Shown in pieces: positions 1 through 10,663 of a DNA stretch of 64,000 bases; positions within the stretch are counted from its first letter, which is position 1, and every line of letters begins with the position of its first letter. Source of the stretch: an uncultured candidatus Porisulfidus sp. (GTDB taxonomy: Bacteria > Pseudomonadota > Gammaproteobacteria > Poriferisulfidales > Poriferisulfidaceae); the NCBI GenBank assembly GCA_965204575.1, contig OZ241993.1:32001-96000 (forward strand). The letters are read 5' to 3'. The notes below the pieces were generated by a model that saw only the letters and a list, made by a program, of their open reading frames with translations, searched no databases and had not been told where the DNA came from. A program made the translations under genes and the position numbers.

Positions 1-816
1 GCCGGGGCCCAGGTGCTGTACGGCGTGGTCGGCCACAAGACCCATGCCAAGATGATGCTGGTGGTCCGCCAGGACCAAGACGGCCTGCGCCGCTACGCAC
101 ACCTCGGCACGGGCAACTACCACCCGGTCACGACCCGCCTGTACACCGACTACGCCCTGCTGACATCCAACCAGGACCTGTGCGAGGACGTGCACAAGAT
201 CTTCCTCCAGGTGGCCAGCCTCGGGCGCGCGCCCAAGCTCAGCCTGATGTACCAGTCGCCGCTGACCCTGGGCAAGGGAATCATCCGGAAGATCCTGGCG
301 GCCGCCGAGCAGGCCCGCAAGGGGGAAACGGCGATCATCTACGCCAAGATGAATGCGCTGACCGAATACGGCGTCGTCGACGCCCTCTACGAGGCTTCCC
401 AGGCCGGGGTCACCATCGACCTCCTGGTGCGCGGCGAATGCCGGCTGCGCCCCGGCGTCAAGGGCCTCTCGGAAAACATCCGCGTCCGCTCCATCGTCGG
501 GCGCTTCCTGGAGCACACCCGGGTGTTCTACTTCCGTTCCGGAGAGGACGAGGAAATGTACCTCTCCAGCGCCGACTGGATGACCCGGAACATCCACCGC
601 CGCGTGGAAACCATGTTCCCGGTACTGGACGAGGGCATCAAGAAGCGGGTCATGCGGGAGATTTTCGAGACTTACTCTGCGGACAACTGCCAGAGTTGGC
701 AACTGGAGCCTGACGGCACCTACACCAAGACCCCCATCGGCCGCGGGCACAAGCGGTTCGCCGCGCAGGAAGCGCTGATGGCCATGCACGGAGAGATAGA
801 TGACACCCACGTATAG
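1..816 (+). CDS. ppk1: Polyphosphate kinase 1, C-terminal part (runs in from window edge)
   Basis: Motifs KTHAKM, HLGTGNY, AKMNAL, SIVGRFLEHTRVF, SSADWMTRN are typical of the PPK1 C-terminal PLD-like domains. Confidence 0.96.
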   Translation, partial: AGAQVLYGVVGHKTHAKMMLVVRQDQDGLRRYAHLGTGNYHPVTTRLYTDYALLTSNQDLCEDVHKIFLQVASLGRAPKLSLMYQSPLTLGKGIIRKILAAAEQARKGETAIIYAKMNALTEYGVVDALYEASQAGVTIDLLVRGECRLRPGVKGLSENIRVRSIVGRFLEHTRVFYFRSGEDEEMYLSSADWMTRNIHRRVETMFPVLDEGIKKRVMREIFETYSADNCQSWQLEPDGTYTKTPIGRGHKRFAAQEALMAMHGEIDDTHV

Positions 817-1729
817 CGTTCTGGATCTCGGATCCAACAGCTTCCACATGATCTATGCCCGCGTCGAGGAGGACGGGAAAATCGCTATTCTCGACAAGTT
901 CAAGCAGTACGTCTCGCTCGGGGCCGGCCTCAAGCAAAACGGCGAGATCCGGGAGCGCTACCAGCATGCCGCCGTCAACTGCCTCCGGGAAGCCGCCAAG
1001 GTGATCCGCCGGCAGCAACCCGACTATTTCTCCGCAGTCGCGACCAATGCCTTCCGTTGCCAGAAGGACGACTATTTCAAGAATCTGTGCGAACGCGCGC
1101 TGGGACGCCCGATCCGCGTCCTGAGCAGCGAGGAGGAAGGCGATTACATCTACCGGGGCGTGGTGCAGACCACCCCCCTGTCCGGTCAAGACCACTGCAT
1201 TCTCGACATCGGCGGCAGCAGCACCGAATTCATCCTCGGCAGCGGTGCCCGCGCCAGCTGCATCCTCAGCTGGCAACTCGGCAGCGCCATTCTGACCGAA
1301 CGCTTTTTCGACACCCGCACACTGCGCCCCGCCAACTGGCAGGCTGCGGTCGATTACGCGGATGAAACCATGACGCTGGCCGGCAAGGGCCGCATCCACC
1401 TGCCCGGCATTGAGACGATGTATGGTGCTTCCGGAGCCATCCGCGCCATCAGCAACACCATGATCAAACTGGGCATCAACGACACCGGGACCATTGATGC
1501 AGGGGCAGTGGAAGAGCTGGTCCAAAGCCTGCTGAACATCCGCATCGGCTCTCACTTCAAACACCTGGACCGTTACCGCGTACAGGTTTTCCTGGGCGGG
1601 CTCGCGATCCTGCACGCCATTTTCGAACTGCTGGACGTCCACGACTTGAAGCCGGCCCGAGGGGCGATTCGGGAAGGCGTGCTGCTAGAAATGCACCAGC
1701 AGGCCCTGACTACCGCAAAAGCCGCATAG
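800..1729 (+). CDS. ppx: Exopolyphosphatase Ppx/GppA family (short form, no HD domain)
   Basis: DLGSNSFH, VATNAFR, LDIGGSSTEF, GAIREG motifs; overlaps the ppk1 end. Confidence 0.9.
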   Translation: MTPTYSVLDLGSNSFHMIYARVEEDGKIAILDKFKQYVSLGAGLKQNGEIRERYQHAAVNCLREAAKVIRRQQPDYFSAVATNAFRCQKDDYFKNLCERALGRPIRVLSSEEEGDYIYRGVVQTTPLSGQDHCILDIGGSSTEFILGSGARASCILSWQLGSAILTERFFDTRTLRPANWQAAVDYADETMTLAGKGRIHLPGIETMYGASGAIRAISNTMIKLGINDTGTIDAGAVEELVQSLLNIRIGSHFKHLDRYRVQVFLGGLAILHAIFELLDVHDLKPARGAIREGVLLEMHQQALTTAKAA

Positions 1730-1767
1730 TTCTACAGATGGACCGGTCTCCGTAGCCGAGCTCCGGA

Positions 1768-2049
1768 TCACAGGCTTAATTCACTGTGAGAGCCCAAGCG
1801 GGCCAATTGCAAAGTCTCCGGGTTAGGCTTTCGATAGATGAGTACCAGGTCAGGCATTAGATGACAATCTCGATGACCCTGCCACTGCCCCGCCAAAGCA
1901 TGATCGCGGTAACGCTCATCCAGGGCCTGGTCATTAGCAAGCAGGAACAGTGCTTCAGTCAGAGCGGTGTCAAGCACAGCACGATGCCGACCTTTACGTT
2001 CCCGCTTGTAGTCCAGTTTGAATTTCTTGGCGCGTTCAATCCGGCGCAT
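1768..2049 (-). CDS. yafQ: YafQ-family mRNA interferase toxin
   Basis: FKLDYKR, RDHALAGQWQGHRDCHLMPDLVLIY, RLGSHSEL. Confidence 0.93.
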   Translation of the reverse strand: MRRIERAKKFKLDYKRERKGRHRAVLDTALTEALFLLANDQALDERYRDHALAGQWQGHRDCHLMPDLVLIYRKPNPETLQLARLGSHSELSL

Positions 2050-2299
2050 TCAGGTCTTCCATTAACGCCTCGATACTTTTGAAAGACTCCACTTTGCCTT
2101 GTAGAACATCACGCATAGCGGCAATAGTCTCCGCATTGGGCACCAATGGATCAAACGGCAACGCTTTTTCAACCGCCACACGGGTCAACATCATCCGGAA
2201 AGCATCAGAAACCGTCAGGCCCATGCTGGCCAATACGATTACGGCCTCATTCTTGATCTCCTCGTTGATGCGAGCGCGAACAACAGCATTTGCAGACAT
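2036..2299 (-). CDS. dinJ: DinJ/RelB-family antitoxin
   Basis: VVRARINEEIK..GLTVSDAFR..LPFDPLVPNAETIAAM; overlaps yafQ. Confidence 0.92.
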   Translation of the reverse strand: MSANAVVRARINEEIKNEAVIVLASMGLTVSDAFRMMLTRVAVEKALPFDPLVPNAETIAAMRDVLQGKVESFKSIEALMEDLNAPD

Positions 2300-2326
2300 G
2301 GCCTATTCCTCTCTCGCCAAATATGT

Positions 2327-2341
2327 GGCTATATTGTAGCC
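2327..2341. promoter_or_regulatory. Inverted repeat GGCTA-N5-TAGCC upstream of dinJ, probable TA operator
   Basis: Palindrome about 30 bp upstream of the dinJ start; type II TA operons autorepress at such sites. Confidence 0.45.
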
Positions 2342-2435
2342 CAAAAAATCAGAATTGCAATGAAAATACTCCGGGTTACTTCTGGGCGGAAGCGGGCCGC
2401 AAGGTAAACTATATGCTGCTGGTACAGAGGCAGAC

Positions 2436-2663
2436 ATGAAGCTTACTATCGCCGTCGATAACGAGATTCTTGAACGAGTCCGTGCTCGGGCGAATCGAGA
2501 GAATACGTCCGTGAATATGCTGATCCAAAAATATCTGGAAGAATACGGTGGATCTGGCCAACATCGTGCTGAAACTTGCGAACGATTGTTGGCCTTGTCG
2601 CGGTCCAGCCAGTCGCGACGCGGCAATAACAAGTGGACGAGAGAAGAACTTTACGAGCGTTGA
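2436..2663 (+). CDS. Ribbon-helix-helix (CopG/DUF6364-like) antitoxin, orphan
   Basis: MKLTIAVDNEILERVR..TSVN..LEEY..WTREELYER pattern of VapC-associated antitoxins; no toxin ORF follows. Confidence 0.7.
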   Translation: MKLTIAVDNEILERVRARANRENTSVNMLIQKYLEEYGGSGQHRAETCERLLALSRSSQSRRGNNKWTREELYER

Positions 2664-2766
2664 GCCAAAGCTAATATAGAAATTAGTTCGACGAAAACAA
2701 AAAAATCCACGACACTCTAGTCTTTATAATCAGCAGCGCAACAAAGCTGCCCACTCCGAATCCAAC

Positions 2767-4452
2767 ATGCCCCGCCTGCCGCGCCCGCATTCCAGCGTGA
2801 TCGTCGACGGACTGGAACGGGCTCCTGCCCGCTCCATGCTTCGTGCCGTTGGTTTCAGCGACGGCGACTTCCGCCGCCCCCAGATCGGCATCGCTTCCAC
2901 CTGGAGCGAAGTGACGCCTTGCAACATGCACATCGACCGGCTGGCCCGCCAAGCGGCCGCAGGTGCCAACCAGGCTGGCGGCAAGTCCGTCACCTTCAAC
3001 ACCATCACCATATCCGATGGCATCTCCATGGGCACCGAGGGCATGAAATATTCCCTGGTCTCCCGGGAACTGATCGCCGACAGCATCGAAGCGGTAACCG
3101 CCGGAGAAGGTTTCGACGCACTGGTGGCGATCGGCGGCTGCGACAAGAACATGCCGGGCTGTCTGATGGCGATCGCGCGACTCAATCGTCCGGCCGTGTT
3201 CGTTTATGGCGGGACTATCGCCCCCGGACGGCACCATGGAAAGAACATCGACATCGTCTCGGTATTCGAAGCAGTCGGGGAACGCGCCAAGGGCAAGATT
3301 TCCGGGAAGGAATTGACCTCGATTGAATCCTGCGCCATTCCCGGGGCTGGTTCGTGCGGTGGCATGTACACCGCCAACACCATGGCCTCGGCAATCGAAG
3401 CGCTGGGCATGAGCCTGCCCGGCAGTTCGGCACAGATGGCAACCTCCAAGGCCAAGCGCGAAGACTGCCGCCAGGCTGGCGAAATGGCAGTCCAGTTGCT
3501 GAAACTCGGTGTCACTCCGCGCGACATCATGACGCGCAAGGCCTTCCTCAACGCCATCGCCGTAGCAACCGCTCTGGGCGGCTCCACCAATGTCGTCCTG
3601 CATCTGCTGGCCATGGCCCGCTCCATGGGCGTGCGGCTTTCACTGGACGATTTCGCGCGGGTCGGCCGCAAGGTGCCCGTGGTCGCGGACCTGCGCCCGT
3701 CCGGCCGCTACATGATGTCGGAACTGGTCCGGATTGGAGGGATTCGCCCCCTGATGAAACGCCTACTGGACGCCGGGCTCCTGCACGGAGACTGTCGGAC
3801 GGTCACCGGGCGCACCATGGCCGAAGATCTCGACAAAACGCCGGACTACCCGGAAAACCAGAAGATCATCCTCCCGTTTTCCGACCCGATCAAGCCGGAC
3901 GGCCACCTGGTCATCCTGCGCGGAAACCTGGCGCCCGAGGGCGCCGTGGCCAAGATCTCCGGCAAGGAGGGTTCCACCTTCGCCGGACGAGCCCGCGTGT
4001 TCGACTCCGAGGAACGGGCCCTGCGCGCCATCCTTGACGGCTCCATCCGTGCCGGCGACATAGTGGTGATCCGCTACGAAGGCCCCCGCGGCGGACCTGG
4101 CATGCGCGAGATGCTCGCCCCGACTTCCGCCATCATGGGTCGCGGGCTCGGCAGCGACGTGGCCCTGATTACCGATGGACGCTTTTCCGGCGGTTCACAC
4201 GGATTTGTGATCGGGCACATCACTCCAGAGGCTGCCGTCGGTGGCCCATTAGCCCTAGTGAAAAACGGTGACCGCATCGCCATCGACGCCACGCGCCGGG
4301 AAATCACGCTGAAGGTGCCGAAAAGGGAACTCGACCGACGCCGGAAAGCCTTGAAGCCGCGCCGCCCACGCTACCGCACCGGTGTGCTCGCAAAATACGC
4401 GCGCAGCGTACGTTCAGCCTCGGAAGGCGCAGTCACCGACGTGCCGGACTGA
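2767..4452 (+). CDS. ilvD: Dihydroxy-acid dehydratase
   Basis: [47 protein letters not shown]. Confidence 0.97.
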   Translation: MPRLPRPHSSVIVDGLERAPARSMLRAVGFSDGDFRRPQIGIASTWSEVTPCNMHIDRLARQAAAGANQAGGKSVTFNTITISDGISMGTEGMKYSLVSRELIADSIEAVTAGEGFDALVAIGGCDKNMPGCLMAIARLNRPAVFVYGGTIAPGRHHGKNIDIVSVFEAVGERAKGKISGKELTSIESCAIPGAGSCGGMYTANTMASAIEALGMSLPGSSAQMATSKAKREDCRQAGEMAVQLLKLGVTPRDIMTRKAFLNAIAVATALGGSTNVVLHLLAMARSMGVRLSLDDFARVGRKVPVVADLRPSGRYMMSELVRIGGIRPLMKRLLDAGLLHGDCRTVTGRTMAEDLDKTPDYPENQKIILPFSDPIKPDGHLVILRGNLAPEGAVAKISGKEGSTFAGRARVFDSEERALRAILDGSIRAGDIVVIRYEGPRGGPGMREMLAPTSAIMGRGLGSDVALITDGRFSGGSHGFVIGHITPEAAVGGPLALVKNGDRIAIDATRREITLKVPKRELDRRRKALKPRRPRYRTGVLAKYARSVRSASEGAVTDVPD

Positions 4453-4484
4453 ATTCCCTCCTGATTCTCACCCGGTCCTCCAAT

Positions 4485-4527
4485 ACTGACTTTAAATCAG
4501 TCGGTAGTTTGAATTTAAATTGGTCGG
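4485..4527. promoter_or_regulatory. Tandem imperfect palindromes (TGACTTTAAATCAGTCGG / TGAATTTAAATTGGTCGG, 23-bp period)
   Basis: Direct repeat at 4487-4504 and 4510-4527, each centred on TTTAAA, in the AT-rich region upstream of porin copy 1. Confidence 0.45.
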
Positions 4528-4847
4528 AAATGGTTTCCTGGATATTCGTTCTGCAGTCCAGAATCTGTACATGCCTGAGTAAAATCATCTTATATCATTG
4601 TTAAAAAAGTAATTTACTAGATTTATCTCCAACATGACTCCTGCAAATAAATCCCTTGGCTCCATACGGAAAACTCGTTTATATTCTTCGCTGAAATGAG
4701 CAAATGCAAGCCAGAATTTAAATTAGCCAATACCTTTACATAATATTCCAGACTGCCCCCCTTTACGAAGTAACTCAATATTATTTCTAATCGCCATGGC
4801 TTTGATTGTAGCACCGTTCGGTGCGCAAGCAGAGACGTGGAACATTT

Positions 4848-6195
4848 GGGTCTTCACGGAATTGTGTGGAACGGAGGTCTCGGATACAGGTCGAGTCCGC
4901 CCAAGTGAAAGTAGATGGCTTCACGGAAGCGCTCGCGGCTGCGGTAGCCGCAGGCTTGGCGTTTGATCCACTGCACTTTCGCGTTGATGGATTCCGACAG
5001 GGCATTGCTGATGCCCAGCACGGCGGCGTTCAGGATCTCTTCCACATGCTTCCAGATCGTCTCCGCCGCCTTGATCACCGGGGCCAGCCGCGAGCGTTTC
5101 GCCGCCTGATGCCAGGCTTCCCAGGCGTAGTAGGCCAGGGTCCGGTCGCGCAACGCCCAGATCTCCGCCGCCCGTTCCTTCAGGATCCAGGCCCGGGCCA
5201 CCTTCAGGTCCTCCTTGCGTAACGCTTCCAGACGCTGGCGCCGGGCCGGGCCCATCCGCTCCTCGGTCATCAGCCAGTCGAAACGGGTGCCCGCCAGGCG
5301 GGCATCGCCTTGCGCCAGCAACCTCTTGTGCTCCGCCCGGCGCACCTGGTCCACCGCCTGGTTGAGCAGGCTCACCACATGGAAGCGGTCGATGCAGATG
5401 TCGGCCTGGGTGTACTTCAGGGTCGCCGCGATGTAGGCCGGCGCCAGATCCATCGCGGCCGTCTCAACCTGCGCGCAGGCGGCGTCGCCCAACTCTCTGA
5501 AAAACGGCTCCACCGCTGCCTGATCCTTGCGGTCTCCCACATACAGCACCACCCCCTTGCGCCCGGACGCCGGCTTCTGATCGACCACGATCGAGACATA
5601 TTCATGCCGCTTCTGGAACGAGGTCTCGTCGATGCCGATCCGCTTCGGTGCCTGCGGCCCGCGTCGCGCCAATCCGCGCCGCACCGCCCGCGAGCGGATG
5701 CCGTCCGCCTGATGCCAGCTCAGCCCCCACTTCTGCGCCACCGCCCGCAGCGGCATCGCCAGCAGGTCCTCGATCACCTCCGTCTCGAAGCGCATCGTGA
5801 AACGACCGTGGGACTCCGCCCACGGCACCGCGATCTGCCGAATCCCGTGCTCCGGGCAGTTCGCCCGCGGCACCTCGGCCCGCAAGGTCGTGCGCCAACC
5901 CATCAAATCCAGGTCCCGCCACTCCCGCGCCTTCGTGTCGTGCCGCTTGCACAAGGTCCCGCATTCCGGACACGGCACCAGGCTCTTCGCCTGATAGGCC
6001 AACTCGATCGTGACGCGCCCCGGGCTGCGATCCTCGCCTCCTTCCCGACAGGACACCGAGACCACCTCCCACGGCGGATGCAGAAACATCAGCATCTCGC
6101 AAAACTTGTTCACTGCTTCCATCAGACCACACTCCAGACTAAAACGCGGAAGCATTATCCCTGACCCTCTATTCCACACAAAACCGTGATGCGCC
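4848..6195 (-). mobile_element. ISL3-family insertion sequence
   Basis: Imperfect terminal inverted repeats GGGTCTTCACGGAATTGTGTGGAA / GGCGCATCACGGTTTTGTGTGGAA; perfect 8-bp target duplication GAACATTT at 4840-4847 and 6196-6203. Confidence 0.95.
4854..6122 (-). CDS. ISL3-family transposase
   Basis: CPECG/CPEHG zinc finger, IGIDETSF, AMDL, DRFHVV, SNALSESINAK..KRQACGYR. Start uncertain (6122 or 6179). Confidence 0.93.
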   Translation of the reverse strand: MEAVNKFCEMLMFLHPPWEVVSVSCREGGEDRSPGRVTIELAYQAKSLVPCPECGTLCKRHDTKAREWRDLDLMGWRTTLRAEVPRANCPEHGIRQIAVPWAESHGRFTMRFETEVIEDLLAMPLRAVAQKWGLSWHQADGIRSRAVRRGLARRGPQAPKRIGIDETSFQKRHEYVSIVVDQKPASGRKGVVLYVGDRKDQAAVEPFFRELGDAACAQVETAAMDLAPAYIAATLKYTQADICIDRFHVVSLLNQAVDQVRRAEHKRLLAQGDARLAGTRFDWLMTEERMGPARRQRLEALRKEDLKVARAWILKERAAEIWALRDRTLAYYAWEAWHQAAKRSRLAPVIKAAETIWKHVEEILNAAVLGISNALSESINAKVQWIKRQACGYRSRERFREAIYFHLGGLDLYPRPPFHTIP

Positions 6196-8017
6196 GAACA
6201 TTTATGGTTGGCAGAATCATTCTTGGGAGTTTGTGGATATCGACGGCGGACGCAGCTTCGACCGGATCCAGTCCAACGCGGGCAACATCGGATTCGCGGC
6301 GAGCGTGCCCACCGGCTTCAACGACCTCTCGGTCAACGTCCAGTGCGAGCAGTTCATGTACGTGAACCACTTCGCGGGCGGCACCGGCTGGTGCAACCGC
6401 AACTCCAAGATCGGCCTGTCTCACCCGCAGATGGGTGAGCTGATGCTGGCCACCTGGCTGCTCCCTTACAACGAGGGCGTGGCGCAGTGGGTCGACCCGT
6501 TCTATGACGCTGGCGCGGACTCGCATACCAGCATCATGGGATCGGTCGGTGCCAATACCATCTTCTACAACACTGGTGACTTCGACTTCCAGGCATCCGG
6601 CTCGAGTCCGGGCTCTGCTCAGACCGAGTTCAACTACCAGGTTGGCGGCTACGACACGGGCTTCAACCGTCGTCAGGAGAACATCATCCAGTACTGGTCT
6701 CCGAACTGGAACGGCTTCGTGTTCCGCTTCGCGTGGACCGCTGGCAACCGCGATGAGACCCCTCACATGGGAGGGGAAATCGACCCGGTAATCCGTTCCT
6801 CAAGCCTGGCCTACACCAACGGCCCAGTGTGGGCGGCGGTGACCTGGCAGGACCACGAGGACTGGACCGCGGCTTCCGTCGGCCAGATGGAGACCTCGGA
6901 CGCGGAGAGCCTGCGCGTGGCCGGCCGCTACATCATGGACATGGGCGGCGGCATGAGCGTTCAGGTCTCGGCGATGTGGGAGACCCTGGAGTACGAGTTC
7001 AACGGCGTGACCAACGTCGATGCGGCCATGACTGCGTTCGGGTACTCCAACTTCGGCACCTACGACCTGTATCACGACGAGAGCAAGATCGGAGCGACTG
7101 AGGCGAGTGGAAGGGCTCCTATGCCGATCGAGCCAACCGAAGACCAAGTCCAAGTCAAGGCTGAGATGACCCTTGAACTTTTCTGGGATCTGTTCACCGA
7201 TGGCGAAGATACCCCGGCGATAAACACTCTCGTCGCTGACTCCGACGGCGCTGCAATCACTGTCCCTGCCCTTCTGTCACCTGCGGCAGACAATCCTCTA
7301 ACGGCCGCGGATGAAAGCAAGACGACCGGTTGTAGTGCTGCCACGGCCGCTGTGGAAATGTGTAATGGCGGTCTCAACGTCTTGGCGGAGCCTGGCGGCA
7401 CCAACGCACTGAGGACTGCGGTCGAAGATCTGAACAATGCCCGTGATATGGATAGCACGACGGATGGTATTCAAGCGCCAGACCTGACAGTGGGTGCAGA
7501 TGCTGGTACCGTTGCCGAGGGTGATAGAGTCGGCGGCACTGTGGCTCAGAGAAACGCCCAGGTCCAGTACCGGCTGCTGGTCGACGCAGCCACAGCCGCT
7601 GCTAAGGCAAAGCTTGGAATGACGGAAGATACCCGTATGCCAGCACGCACTGAAGCAGAGAACAGAGCTGCGATGACTATGGGCCAGAACGTCAAGATCG
7701 AGCGCGACGCCTGGATGGTGTCGGGCAAGATCAAGTTCGGCGGCCCCATCGACTTCCGCTTCTCCTACATGGACGCGGACGACCTCGAGGTCTCCTGCGC
7801 ATCCTGCTCGGGCGACTGGGACGAAACCGCGGCCGACGCCTTCAACGTGGGCATCTTCTACACCATGCCGGCCGGCACGGAACTGCGCCTGACCTACTCC
7901 GAAGTCAACAACGACGACAACGGAACCTACGGTCAGGGCATCTCCGGTACCGGACTGGGTTCGCCTGGTGTGGAGATCGAGATGTTCGCAGTCGGTATCG
8001 TGCACTGGTTCGACTAA

Positions 8018-8075
8018 TCCAGTCAGCCAAGGCACACCTTACAAAGCAGGCGCCCTCCGGGGCGCCTGTTTTTTT
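8018..8075 (+). terminator. Porin 3' repeat with intrinsic terminator, copy 1
   Basis: AGGCACACCTTACAAA followed by GCAGGCGCCC-TCCG-GGGCGCCTGT and a T-run. Confidence 0.85.
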
Positions 8076-8154
8076 GCAGATGAAGCAGTCATCCAACTGG
8101 CGAGGAGGAGGCTGACAGACAGTGTATGATGCCCGGTATCATTGAGAAAATGTT

Positions 8155-9708
8155 ATGGATCGCCGCCAGCTTCCGATTGGAATTCAGGACTTCCGAGTCC
8201 TCCGCGAAGAGAGACATTACTATGTGGACAAGACTGCCTTCATCCGGCAGTTAGTGGAGGGGGGGCGCCATTATTTCCTGTCGCGGCCGCGGCGCTTCGG
8301 CAAGAGCCTGCTGATCGACACCCTGCAGGAACTGTTCGAAGGTAACGAGCCCCTGTTCCAGGGGCTGGCTATCCACGGGCACTGGGACTGGTCGGTCCGG
8401 CATCCGGTGCTGCGGCTGAGCTTTGGCGGGAAATACACCGAACCGGGAGACCTGGAAGCGAACATCCAGGACAAGCTGAACGGAATCGAGGAAGGTTTAG
8501 GGCTCGATCCGGAGCCTCGGGCCTTGCTCGGCCCGGAACGCCTGCAATCGCTTCTGCGCCGCCTGCACCGGACCACCGGTCGACAAGTGGTGGTGCTGAT
8601 CGACGAATACGACAAGCCAATCCTGGACGTGTTGAAGAATCCAGAACTGGCGGAAGCAAACCGAGACTACCTGCGCGGCTTCTACGGGATCATCAAGGAC
8701 AGCGCGAAACATGTGCGCTTCGTGTTCGTGACTGGGGTGAGCATGTTCTCGAAGGCGAGCCTGTTCTCGGGGCTCAACAACCTGAAGGATATCAGCCTGG
8801 ATCCGCGCTATGCCGCGATCTGCGGCTATACCGATCGCGACATCGATACCGTGTTCGCCCCGGAGTTGCCGGGGCTCGACCGGGAGGAGATCCGGGCCTG
8901 GTACAACGGCTACGGCTGGCGCGGCGAGGAGAAGCTCTACAACCCGTATGGCGTTTTGCTGCTGTTCGACAGCCGGGAGTTCCAACCACACTGGTTCGAG
9001 ACCGCGACCCCGACTTTTCTGTACCAACTGATGCGGGAACGGAGCGTGAATCCTCTGGAGCTGGAGAGCCGGCGGGTTGATGTGGCGCGCCTGTCGAAGC
9101 TGGATGTGAGCGACATGGACCTGCATGCGCTGATGTTTCAGACGGGCTACCTGACAATCGCGGGGGAGGAGCGCATCGGGACGGAGACCTTCTACCGGCT
9201 GGAATACCCGAACCTAGAGGTTCGGCAGAGTTTCAGTAAGGGTCTGATGGTGGATCTGGGCCGGGAAAGCGAAGAGGTCACGATGCAGGCACATGCCCTG
9301 CTGGGGCTGCTGGAGTCGAACGACTTCGAGGGATTTGCCCGACACCTCCAGTCCTATCTGGCTGGGGTTCCGCACCCGTGGTGGGAGGGGGCGGGAGAAT
9401 TAGGCCGGTACGAGTCGCATTATGCGGCGATGCTGTACATGACGCTGCGTGCGGTGGGGGCGGAGGTTCATGCGGAAGAATCTTCCAGCCACGGTCGTTC
9501 GGACCTAGTGATCCGGCAGGGAGGCCAGGTTTTCGTGCTGGAACTCAAGGTCGCGGAGGGAGAGGACGAGGCGGAAAGTACGCTGGATGCGGCACTGGAC
9601 CAGATTCAGGATCGGGGCTATGCGGAGAAGTACCGATCTGAGGGCGAGCCGGTGTACCTTCTGGGGCTGGTGTTCGGGAAGGAGGAGCGAACGTTACTTG
9701 GAATGTGA
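8155..9708 (+). CDS. AAA-ATPase-like domain fused to a C-terminal PD-(D/E)XK nuclease domain
   Basis: LPIGIQDF, YYVDKT, LSRPRRFGKSL (Walker A), VLIDEYDKP, GRSDL..VLELK..ALDQIQDRGY. Confidence 0.9.
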   Translation: MDRRQLPIGIQDFRVLREERHYYVDKTAFIRQLVEGGRHYFLSRPRRFGKSLLIDTLQELFEGNEPLFQGLAIHGHWDWSVRHPVLRLSFGGKYTEPGDLEANIQDKLNGIEEGLGLDPEPRALLGPERLQSLLRRLHRTTGRQVVVLIDEYDKPILDVLKNPELAEANRDYLRGFYGIIKDSAKHVRFVFVTGVSMFSKASLFSGLNNLKDISLDPRYAAICGYTDRDIDTVFAPELPGLDREEIRAWYNGYGWRGEEKLYNPYGVLLLFDSREFQPHWFETATPTFLYQLMRERSVNPLELESRRVDVARLSKLDVSDMDLHALMFQTGYLTIAGEERIGTETFYRLEYPNLEVRQSFSKGLMVDLGRESEEVTMQAHALLGLLESNDFEGFARHLQSYLAGVPHPWWEGAGELGRYESHYAAMLYMTLRAVGAEVHAEESSSHGRSDLVIRQGGQVFVLELKVAEGEDEAESTLDAALDQIQDRGYAEKYRSEGEPVYLLGLVFGKEERTLLGM

Positions 9709-9769
9709 GCCGAGCGGTCATCCTGCCAACCATAGTTTGTCCGGCAACACCACAAAAGTCACGGATGAC

Positions 9770-10226
9770 AAACAAATCTTCGGCAAGATCCTCATTCTCA
9801 TACAAGATCATGACGTCAAAGAGATCACGCGGATGTTGCCGGTCAAGTGCTGCATGCAGTTTGCCACTGTAGAGGTCTTCAAACGCAAGGATATTCATTT
9901 CGGCGAAACCGAAATGCTCTGTCACCACGTCCGAGACCCTCATCGTCGGCGGCGGATACACGGTTTCGCGAGTCACCGCGGAGGTTTCGATCTTTATTGG
10001 CAATGGTCTCCGTAATCCGGCTGAGCGTCATGTCGATATCATTCAACGCAACCGCGCGGTCAGTGACTGGCAAGTAAGCAAGGTCTATGTCTATGGAAAG
10101 GCGCGGCATGTCCCGGTAGAACAGATTGATGGCTGTCCCGCCCTTAAGGGCGAAGGCTTCCTCGGCAGCGATATCCGGCAGTACGCCCAAGAGCAGGCGG
10201 ACTTGTTCGGCATAGCGATCAAGCAT
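9770..10226 (-). pseudogene. AbiEii nucleotidyltransferase toxin, frameshifted and truncated
   Basis: FALKGGTAINLFYRDMPRLSIDIDL in one frame and GKLHAALDRQHPRDLFDV in another; C-terminus missing. Confidence 0.85.
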
Positions 10227-10605
10227 TGGCTTTGGCCTCTTCCCCGTCGACAAGATTTTCCGGCACGTAGATCCGATATGCCGAGTGGACCCTGCCGCCC
10301 TTCACCAAGGCACGCGGCCCGGAACCGAAATCGATTTTCGATGCATCGAGATGCTTGCGCCACGGATGTCGATGCCTGTCCGAGAAAACGAAGAACAGCC
10401 GGCGCACTTTCACGCTCCGGCAACGCATAAGCAGCGCCATCAATTGCTTGGGCCGCAGGGTTACGAGTCCCTCGAAGATCTTGTCCAGGTTGTCGAAACC
10501 CGCATGGTGTGGCAGATCATCAAGTGCTTCGAGGATGGCGCGCTCTGGAGACGATGCCTTGACAGGCCAATGCCACACGCTCACCGTACGGCTGATTCCC
10601 TCCAC
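10219..10605 (-). pseudogene. AbiEi type IV antitoxin, C-terminal fragment
   Basis: SSPERAILEAL..GLVTLRP..CRSVKVRRLF..IDFGSGPR..YRIYVP; the 5' part is cut off at the orphan terminator repeat. Confidence 0.8.
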
Positions 10606-10663
10606 GACAGTCTAGCTAAGGCACACCACACAAAGCAGGCGCCCTTCGGGGCGTCTGTCTTTT
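10606..10663 (+). repeat. Orphan copy of the porin 3' repeat/terminator (copy 2)
   Basis: GACAGTCTAGCTAAGGCACACCACACAAAGCAGGCGCCCTTCGGGGCGTCTGTCTTTT aligns with 13220-13277 and 8018-8075, but no porin precedes it. Confidence 0.85.

Larger units (their letters stand above)
4796..8017 (+). pseudogene. Giant porin copy 1, interrupted after the signal peptide by ISL3
   Basis: 4796-4847 encodes MALIVAPFGAQA-ETWNI. The frame resumes at 6204 (YGWQNHSWEFVDIDGG...) as in copy 2. Porin features: RNSKIGL, IQYWSPNWNGF, C-terminal GIVHWFD. Confidence 0.85.

Noticed and set aside
4848-6195. ISL3 transposase as the mobiliser of the tnpB element
   Set aside because: Both have 8-bp duplications, but the terminal repeats share essentially only the initial GG.
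9697-9720. TGA at the end of the AAA-ATPase gene as recoding or selenocysteine
   Set aside because: It lies at the very C-terminus (GM*AER); a plain stop or a CGA-to-TGA change removing a few residues is sufficient, and no SECIS-like support was seen.
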